Of a stretch of DNA of 64,000 nucleotides, positions 56,076 through 64,000 are shown in pieces. How positions within the stretch are numbered: the stretch's first letter is position 1; every line of letters starts with the position of its first letter. A program made the translations under genes and the position numbers. The DNA lies in the NCBI GenBank assembly GCA_964199315.1, contig OZ116702.1, positions 5,332,001-5,396,000 of the forward strand, written 5' to 3'. Below the pieces are notes generated by a model. It worked only from the letters and a program-made list of their open reading frames with translations. It did no database searches and had not been told where the DNA came from. The stretch is from Orbicella franksi (Eukaryota).

Positions 56076-59000
56076 ATGGCGTCGAACCTCAAGCGCCCAG
56101 AACTCAACCTAACCGGAAACATTTCCGAAAATTTTAAAAACTTCGAAGTCAGGTTCAATGATTATTGCCTTCAAGCAGACTACCGTAACCTGGACAAAGA
56201 CCCAGAGACGGAGCCAGCCGAGTATTACAAGAAACCACAGCTCGAAATCGCCGCACTTCGATCGGCCATGCCAGACGAAGCACTTCAGGTAATACGATAC
56301 ACGATAGAACCTCAGATCGCGACTGTTGACAGAGCCAAACCTTGGATATGGATGGCGAAACTTCGCATCCACTACACGGGATCGACCGGCAGTTCAATTC
56401 TGGCCGACAGATTTAAGTTTTGGGGCCATAACCAAACCCTGACCGAATCGGTACAAGCATGGGAAGTGAGAATTAGGCAAGCCGGAAGCCTGTGCTCTTA
56501 CGGAACACTCAGTGACGAAATGTACCGCGACAAATTTATATTTGGACTCAACAACGACGCCATGCGAGCCGAGTTGCTAAAAACACATCTCAAGCCTGAC
56601 AACACACCTAAGAGCATGGCAGATGTGGTGACCGAAGCCAAGGCCCTAGAGTCTGCCTACACCGCAAACAAGCTGATAACCGACTCCTCAAAATCAACCA
56701 CCGAGGAACGAGTCCACTGGGTGAAACATAAAGAAATGAAACTACGAAGAGAGCCTGGAACATGCCACTGGTGTGGAGACAAACGGGGACCTGACCCATG
56801 GAAACAATGCCCAGCACGGGGCAAAACATGCTCGAAATGCGGTCTCAATGACCACTTCGCCAATGTCTGCCTGGCAAACGGCCAACCACCACAACGACGG
56901 GGAGGCCCATTGCCTCCTTCCACTCGCAACAACCGGAACCCCAGCCAAACACCCAGTAACAGGGGCAGCAGTCGACGTCGGGAAGATGTGCATCACTTGC
57001 AATTTAGTGGAGACGAACCAACCGACCACATGGTATATGCGGATTATTATCACGAGCAATGTTACTCTCTAGGAACTCCACAGAAGAAGAGGAAATACTT
57101 TGTAAAACTGCCCCTGTCAGCTACCGGCTCACACTTCCAGCCAATTACATTCCAAATTGACACAGCAGCCTCGTGCAACACCCTATCTCATAGTACCCTC
57201 ACCACTCTAGGCCAAGACATCCACATGTCAAAATCACCTTTTCTCTTACAACCATATGGGAACACTCGCCCACTGAGACCTTTGGGCCAAGTCGAGCTGC
57301 TATGCCAAAGGAAAAATCAGTATGTCACCCTAACCTTCCAAATCCTACCAGATGACATCATGGCCAACAAGCCCGCCCTCTTATCAGGGGGCGACAGTGA
57401 AAGATTGGGACTTATCAGAATTGAATCAGACACTATCTTCTCTCTATCTCCGTCAGTAACGATCGCCCACTACAACGAAGCACAGGACACCCCGCCCACT
57501 GCACAGGAAATGCAAGCACAAGAGCAAGTGGAATGCAACCACATCGAACAACTCCAGAACAACAGACCAAGCACCTGCAACCCACTCCCTTCTCCGTCTC
57601 AACCGATCAACATCCCTGCTAAACGGCGACTACCCCCCGCAGGTGCGCTTCAAAAAGAACACATTCTAATGGAATATGCTGAGAACTTTGAAGGTCTCGG
57701 CTGCCTTGGGCCCCCTGTGCATTTTGAAATCAAACACGATGTAACACCAGTTCAAATGCCTATCCACCGCATCCCAGTGGCAAAACGGGCGGCAGAAAAG
57801 AGTGCCCTAGACAAATACGAGAACGCCGGCATCATAACTAAGGTTGATGAACCAACTCCATGGTGCTCAAATGAAGTCATCAGAGAAACTCCCAGAAAAG
57901 TCCGAATATGCATCGACCCCAGCCAGACGGTAAATAAAGCCATCCTTCGTCCCATTTACCAAATGCCAACCCTCAACGAGCAGCTTCGTAAACTAGCCCA
58001 TGCAAAATGGTTCTCTCTTGTTGATGTACGCGATGGATTCCTCCACATACCTCTTGACGAAGAGTCCTCGCGCATGACCACAATGCACACCTCTTATGGC
58101 CGCTACCGCTGGCAACGCCTTCCCTTCGGGATCTCAAGTGCTCCAGAAGAATTTCAGATGCGACTTATTTCTGCTCTGGAGGGTCTAGAGGGCATAATCT
58201 GTATAGCTGACGACATTTTGGTCTTTGGAGAGGGAACAGATTTCACTGAAGCTGAGCGAGATCATGATCGTCGCTTTGTAGCCCTAATGGAACGTTGCCT
58301 CCAAAAGAACATTAAACTAAACCCCACAAAACTGCAGTTCAAGTTACCAGAGGTGAAGTTTATGGGCAACATCATCACAGCAAATGGGATGAAAGCTGAC
58401 CCTGACAAAGTCACTGCGATAACTACTATGCCCAAACCGAGAAACAAGGCAGCCCTCTTACGCTTTCTGGGAATGGCCAACTACCTATCGCCATACTGCT
58501 CAAATCTGAGTACCGTCATTAGACCCCTCACTGCCCTAACACAGAAAGATCTCCCATTCTCCTGGACAGAGGTTCAAGAAAGAGCATTCAATGATGCAAA
58601 GCAATTGATCGCCACTGCACCAATCCTCCAATACTATGATCTAGCGAAACCTGTGGTACTCCAAGTAGACGCCAGCGAAGAAGGCCTGGGGGGAGCGCTC
58701 CTCCAACCAAATGCTGACGGTAAACTCCAACCAGTCGCCTTTACCTCAAACAGCCTGAGCAGCACAGAACAGCGCTACTCTCAACTCGAAAAGGAATGTC
58801 TTGCCATCTGCAACACGTTTGGGAAATTTGATCATTGGCTATTTGGCAAGTCAGACATCACAGTGCACACCGACCACCAACCCCTAGAAACCATCTACAA
58901 GAAACCACTTCATAAGTCACCCGCACGTCTTCAGCGAATGCTAATGCGACTTCAGAGATATCAGTTTAGCCTACATTACAAGAAAGGTACAAGCCTTCAT

Positions 59001-60539
59001 ATAGCAGACACACTATCCCGCGCTGCTTTACCCACCCCAGTGCATGCAAATGTAACAGGGTTTGAAGTGTTCCGCCTTGAACTTGAACACTCCGAGAATG
59101 ACCACAACCCCCGTCTCACAGATGTCACAGAAGAACTCCTCAAATCAGAAACCAAAAGGGATCAAACCCTGACTGATCTACAACAAACTATCATCTCTGG
59201 CTGGCCCGACGACAAACAACACCTGGCCACCAACCTCCGCCCTTTCTGGACCTTCAGAGAGGAACTAAGCATACACAATGGAATCATTTACAAAGGTCAG
59301 CAAGTCCTAGTTCCACAGTCCATGTACTCAACAATGCTTGGGAAAATACATGCGAACCACTTTGGAGCAGAGTCAAACATTCGCATGGCCCGCGAAGTCC
59401 TATTCTGGCCAGGCATGAGGAAAGCCATTTCAGACATGTGCGACACCTGCAGTGTCTGTGCCCAGTACAGTAAAACTCTTACAAAAGAACCTATGAAGTC
59501 GTTACCAATCCCAACGCAGCCGTGGCAAATTGTGAGCCAAGATATCTTTAGCCATGAGCAGAAGGACTACCTGGTTACTGTCTGCCATTTCTCGGACTGG
59601 ATAGAAGTCGACGAACTCCAGGACACCCTCTCCGCCACAGTAATAAACAAGACCAAGGCCCACTTTGCGCGGTTTGGCATACCACAGATGTGCCATACTG
59701 ACAATGGCTCACAATTCGCAAGCAAGGAATATGAGGACTTTGCCACACAATATGGATTCAAACACACTACCTCCTCACCATATCACCCTAGAGGCAATGG
59801 GAGAGCCGAAGCTGCCGTCAAAGTGGCCAAAACAGCACTGAAGAAATCCACTGACGTCCAGTCCGCACTGCTAAATTACAGGAACACGCCGCCCCAGGGA
59901 CTCACATATTCGCCTGCACAGCGTATGCTCTGTCGACGTACAAGGACAACACTGCCAACACCAAACCACCTCATCAAGCCTTCACCCGTGAACCTAGCTG
60001 TCGTCACTCAAGAGCTCACCTTGAAGCGAGCTGCGAGCAAACGCTACTACGACAGCTCACCAACCAAAGTACATCCCGAGCTTGCTGTTGGCTCAAGCGT
60101 TTATGCGAAACCTCCACCTACACAGAGGGGTCATCCATGGATACAGGGAACTATCCTCTCCCAGGACAGACCCAGATCCTACACCATTCAGACACCGAAC
60201 AGCAACATCCGTAGAAACCGGGTTCATATCACGCCAACAGTTGAACAGTCTCCTCCACCAACACAGACCACCCCTCCGCCACTGATCCAGGAACCACCAC
60301 CGGACAACGGCAACGTCACCATAACACCACAAGCAGAAGAAACTGTAGTTACATGTAACAATCATCCCCCAGCGCAGACACAACACGCAGAAACAGAGAG
60401 ACTCTCAAAAAATGGGTCCACGAATCTTGCAACTCTAGCCAGCCAAGACAAACCTACAGAACCCATTCTAGGGAACACAAGAACAAGAACGAGGATCATC
60501 AAACCTCCTTCGAGGTTTGAAGACTATGAACTGACCTAG
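56076..60539 (+). CDS. gag-pol: Gag-Pol polyprotein (1487 aa from ATG 56076)
   Basis: CCHC knuckle CSKCGLNDHFANVC; protease IDTAASC; RT LPFGISSAPEEFQ...IADDILVFG; RNase H VDAS...YSQLEKECLA; integrase HANH..CDTC, QDIF, TDNGSQF, RAEAAV. Confidence 0.95.
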   Translation: MASNLKRPELNLTGNISENFKNFEVRFNDYCLQADYRNLDKDPETEPAEYYKKPQLEIAALRSAMPDEALQVIRYTIEPQIATVDRAKPWIWMAKLRIHYTGSTGSSILADRFKFWGHNQTLTESVQAWEVRIRQAGSLCSYGTLSDEMYRDKFIFGLNNDAMRAELLKTHLKPDNTPKSMADVVTEAKALESAYTANKLITDSSKSTTEERVHWVKHKEMKLRREPGTCHWCGDKRGPDPWKQCPARGKTCSKCGLNDHFANVCLANGQPPQRRGGPLPPSTRNNRNPSQTPSNRGSSRRREDVHHLQFSGDEPTDHMVYADYYHEQCYSLGTPQKKRKYFVKLPLSATGSHFQPITFQIDTAASCNTLSHSTLTTLGQDIHMSKSPFLLQPYGNTRPLRPLGQVELLCQRKNQYVTLTFQILPDDIMANKPALLSGGDSERLGLIRIESDTIFSLSPSVTIAHYNEAQDTPPTAQEMQAQEQVECNHIEQLQNNRPSTCNPLPSPSQPINIPAKRRLPPAGALQKEHILMEYAENFEGLGCLGPPVHFEIKHDVTPVQMPIHRIPVAKRAAEKSALDKYENAGIITKVDEPTPWCSNEVIRETPRKVRICIDPSQTVNKAILRPIYQMPTLNEQLRKLAHAKWFSLVDVRDGFLHIPLDEESSRMTTMHTSYGRYRWQRLPFGISSAPEEFQMRLISALEGLEGIICIADDILVFGEGTDFTEAERDHDRRFVALMERCLQKNIKLNPTKLQFKLPEVKFMGNIITANGMKADPDKVTAITTMPKPRNKAALLRFLGMANYLSPYCSNLSTVIRPLTALTQKDLPFSWTEVQERAFNDAKQLIATAPILQYYDLAKPVVLQVDASEEGLGGALLQPNADGKLQPVAFTSNSLSSTEQRYSQLEKECLAICNTFGKFDHWLFGKSDITVHTDHQPLETIYKKPLHKSPARLQRMLMRLQRYQFSLHYKKGTSLHIADTLSRAALPTPVHANVTGFEVFRLELEHSENDHNPRLTDVTEELLKSETKRDQTLTDLQQTIISGWPDDKQHLATNLRPFWTFREELSIHNGIIYKGQQVLVPQSMYSTMLGKIHANHFGAESNIRMAREVLFWPGMRKAISDMCDTCSVCAQYSKTLTKEPMKSLPIPTQPWQIVSQDIFSHEQKDYLVTVCHFSDWIEVDELQDTLSATVINKTKAHFARFGIPQMCHTDNGSQFASKEYEDFATQYGFKHTTSSPYHPRGNGRAEAAVKVAKTALKKSTDVQSALLNYRNTPPQGLTYSPAQRMLCRRTRTTLPTPNHLIKPSPVNLAVVTQELTLKRAASKRYYDSSPTKVHPELAVGSSVYAKPPPTQRGHPWIQGTILSQDRPRSYTIQTPNSNIRRNRVHITPTVEQSPPPTQTTPPPLIQEPPPDNGNVTITPQAEETVVTCNNHPPAQTQHAETERLSKNGSTNLATLASQDKPTEPILGNTRTRTRIIKPPSRFEDYELT

Positions 60540-60641
60540 AGGTCTACATTGACTTACAGCTGCTTATTCTCTTAGGCCATTTATAGGGCCCATTGTTGTA
60601 TTTTGTAAGAGACATTTCCTTTTTTTATATAAGGGGGGAGA

Positions 60642-60790
60642 TGTTGGGAACTAGTCCCGAGACCCCTCTCGGTCCCGGAATCCGGGACATAGATTGTGTA
60701 TGTGAGGAGATCGCACATGGCAGAAATACAGTTTCTCTTGCTGTTAATACCTCGTCTGTTCCTTGCTTCTCGGGGCACGCAGCGCTAGAC
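60642..60790 (+). repeat. 3' LTR (149 bp)
   Basis: Identical by eye to the 5' LTR; preceded by the PPT. Confidence 0.95.
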
Positions 60791-61917
60791 TATACCATAC
60801 AATGAAGGTGATGCATTGTTTATCTTCATTGTTGATATATTGATTCAGAAAGAGCTGAAGCAAAAGTTTACAAAGACCACGATTAAAAAAGTACTACAAG
60901 AACTGAACAAGAACCTCTTATTTTATATCTCTGTTTGCTCTTGTAATCCTGGTTTACCATAATCTACTTCCATTTTCTTTCTCTTCGATAAATCCGTTGA
61001 TTGTTTTTATGTAATGCTAAATAGAAAACCAGCTGCTCTTGACATAGTTAAAAAGCCGTCGTTCTCTTTATTTTGGTGTTCAGTTTATCATTTATTGGTC
61101 TAAAGTTGAAAACAATGATTATTCCTTACATATCACGTTCATGTCATACACATACATAATTCTCTTCGTGCCTAATTGGCACATAAAGCCGTAAAAATGT
61201 GTATAAATAGGCCCTAATTTCTTCTGTTAGGCTTATATGTCCTTGGTTTATGATACTGTCTTGCTGCTGAGTGCAAGTCGTTTAGCCCCCAAGTCGATTA
61301 ACCCGCAGCCGATTAGCCCACAACCAGAAGTCGATTAAGTCCCAATCCGGACAGAAATAGACAGTGTTTTCGACTTCTGGTCTGGGGCTAAACAGTTGTA
61401 TACATATTGCCGAAATTATTCAAGTTTTAATCTCATGTAAATTAGCGATTGAAAGTTACATTGTTATTTTTTTTCCTGCACCTGACGAACATTTATTATT
61501 AGTAGTAAATTCGTGTTTTTGAAAGGTAGAGTTTAAAATGTCTCTAATGAACTGAGATGAGAGTTACGGATTTACCACATTTCCTTGCGCCATGTTCTTG
61601 TTCCATTGGCAGCCACCATCGGTTTTAATACAGATACTGATCAAAACTGATCGACTTATGTTAACAGCTTGCTTAACAGCATCGAAAGGTGAAACATTTA
61701 TTCTTTCTTTCACAACTGTATTTTGTTTAAGACATTTGTTTTACATATCATGGCAACTTTCTCACTTTTGTCGACTACCTATCAAGTCTCTCTTATTACA
61801 ACTCTTTGCACTCGCTTTCGTACCGCTTACTCAACTACAATACCCCCTGACAAGAGCATTTTGCCGGCAAATCTGGCAAAATTTTATATGCATCCAAAAA
61901 TCTACACTGGTCAGATC

Positions 61918-64000
61918 TCACTTGATTTGTTCGTTTAACTCCAATTCACCACCTCCCTCCGTTTCAACGGGTCTGTCGACCCTTTTATTTCTTCCACACC
62001 GTGCTGTCAATTTCGTGAACCAACGTAGGCACTCGGTACATTTCACCAGGGCATTGATGACGTTTGACATGGCTGCCAAACCAAGGATGATGAATATGAC
62101 TCGAACAGCTGTATGCCCTGCAGATCTTGGTTTCTCCCCTGGGATCAGATCCCCAAAGCCGACAGTTGTGTATGTGATGAAGTAAGCGTAAAATCCTTCA
62201 AAGAAAGTCCAGTCATCAATGGCCTTTTGAGTTCGAGCGCTTATAACTAACAATATCACTAGCAACACGAAGCCCAAGAAAGAACACTTCTCATTTAAAT
62301 ATTTTGGCACGCCTTCCCTCTTTAGACAACTTGTTTCGAATCTCGTCACAAGATGTTGTTCACCTCGCAACATTCTTTCTCCAACTAACTGCAGGAACAA
62401 AATGTTGATGGGGATACCAAAGAAGGCGTAGAATATACAAAGCACTCTGCCGCCTGTTGTCACTGGAGTGATATTACCATATCCTGGAAAAAAGAAAATA
62501 ACATGGTTGTTACATGAAAAATAACAAAACAACTGAGATGTAAGGAAGAGTCTTCCAACTGGGAAGACTCCCTGGGATTTTTTCCGTCATCCGGCCGTTT
62601 ACGATTTCGTAGTCCAGTCTCTAAACTCTCCCTTCCTTGCCCCATATAAGGCCTGGACTGGCGCGCGAGTGGCTTGCGTCCGGGACGCGAGCGGGGATCG
62701 GAGAAACCGTAATAAAAGAACTGACGACTCCAACTCCACAAGGCTTCGCCGCTCTCACTGGGGACTCCGCCGCCAAAGCAAAGCTCTCCTGCCAGCTATA
62801 GAGACTAATGATTAAGTTGCCAATTTTCTTGGTTAGTCTCTTCTCTTTGAAATACTCCTTCAAATATTAGCTGATTCTGAATGGCTGGCAGGACTGTGCC
62901 CATTTTCTATTTTTGAGGGCTCCCTAGGGATTTCCCGCGAAAATTGTTTTATTTTCCTCCTTTGGACAGGCTCAATCAACTAAGTTTTCAAAACCACGCC
63001 TGTTTTAAGTAAAGGGGATGGGAACTGCTTTCAAAAAGAATACTAGGGGGTTGGACCCCGGGACGGAGCCTCCCCTTATAAATCTTTGTACAGTACCCCC
63101 TCCCCCCCTCCGCGGCATTGAATGTTACAGGACAGATTGCCTTGGGCGCGTTGCGTGACGAAGACGAACATAGCGTGCATGATACTTTCGAAGGTTGTTT
63201 TGACGTCACGCCAACCGGAGCAAAACAAAGTAAGATAAAATTTGCATCCCCGCAACGTTTAGACCTAACAGATAATCAATACTCCCCATTTGTCTCGTCA
63301 TGCAATCTTTACGCTCAAAAATCGCGTTGATGGGAAAATTGCGTGCTAGCGGCGAGCAGGCTCCTTGCGGGGAGCCCTGCCAGCAGGCTAGAAAATTTCG
63401 TGACGTTGTAGGATCAAATAAAACTCGAGGTTAGATCGTCCCAAATAAACAAAATGTGTAAAAGAAATGTAAAAGAGGATGAGAGTCCGCTGAAACGTTG
63501 CGGTGGTACAATTATTTTTTTCCAGTGAATTTGGACTGCACGTTTCATTCCTGAAAATAGTGAGAAATAACGTCATTCTAAATGAACGCCCTACAGACTC
63601 GCCTGGGTCTTAAATGAAGTCCATGGTGTTTAAACGTTTTCGTATTTGGGAATAATTAGTGACGATTTCCTGCTTGAAGCACGTCAGAGGTTAGGATTAC
63701 TAGTCTGTGTTTAATTAAGCTTATTTAGGGTGAGGAAGAAGTATATTAAAAGTACTAGCTTACCAATGGTTGTTACTAACTGAATCACGAAAGACACTGC
63801 TTCGTGGTAGTTCCATACTGGTCCTGCATTTGACGAAGAAGCTGTCTCGATTTGCTGTACAATGTTGTTGAAATCCGATTCAGTCATGTTGTACTTCGCC
63901 ATAGTATTGAGCTTGATCGTCTCCAGTTTCGCTTCTTCGGTTTTATCTGGCTTTTTATCGCCATCGTGTTCGACAGCTCTGAATATGAAAACGCCAACAA
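61918..64000 (-). CDS. Two-pore-domain K+ channel, copy B (5' end outside window); exons 63764->64000 and 61918-62483
   Basis: Exon 1 VGVFIFRAVEH...YNMTESDF...VIQLVTTIG|gtaag; exon 2 ttttccag|GYGNITPVTTGGR...TTVGFGDLIPG. Same intron position as copy A. Confidence 0.9.
62616..62806. mobile_element. GC-rich short insertion with AGTCTCTA/TAGAGACT termini in K2P copy B intron
   Basis: 8-bp inverted ends; sharp GC contrast with the flanks. Confidence 0.35.

Larger units (their letters stand above)
55826..60790 (+). mobile_element. Full-length Ty3/gypsy LTR retrotransposon (Mag-like), apparently intact and very recent
   Basis: LTRs 55826-55974 and 60642-60790 read identical. TATAC flanks both sides (55821-55825, 60791-60795). 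PBS TGGTGTCAGAAGTGGGAT at 55976; PPT AAGGGGGGAGA at 60631-60641; single gag-pol ORF in PR-RT-RH-IN order. Confidence 0.97.

Noticed and set aside
61592-62185. 197-aa plus-strand ORF
   Set aside because: It largely overlaps the K2P copy B exon and 3' region antisense, with no domain.
62640-62652. CArG-box-like CCATATAAGG in the K2P copy B intron
   Set aside because: It is a single short motif inside a probable transposon fragment, with no independent support.

Overview
AT-rich, intron-containing animal genomic DNA. It is probably a stony coral or other anthozoan; this is an inference from gene architecture and repeat content, not a database result. Eight host genes can be assembled by hand with in-frame GT-AG splicing: LITAF-like (-), head-to-head with POFUT2 (+); KANSL1 (+, 7 coding exons); an intronless, signal-peptide-bearing extended SDR/epimerase ending in -DEL (+); ATP synthase F0 subunit c (+); a 15-exon SLC5A3/SMIT-like Na+/solute symporter (+); and two tandem K2P channels (-). 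An intact Ty3/gypsy LTR retrotransposon (identical 149-bp LTRs, tRNA-Leu PBS, PPT, TSD, single gag-pol ORF) lies between the K2P genes. Introns and spacers hold many MITE, SINE and LINE fragments. The strongest unexplained structure is a tandemly duplicated 67-nt exon in POFUT2: two intact versions only 46 nt apart that cannot both be included in frame, consistent with mutually exclusive splicing of an acceptor-side segment. Other notable features are two alternative ATG-bearing presequence exons in ATP synthase c, a perfect 72-bp inverted repeat just after the SDR stop codon, and a non-CA right terminus on the young LTR element. All splicing claims are predictions from sequence alone.
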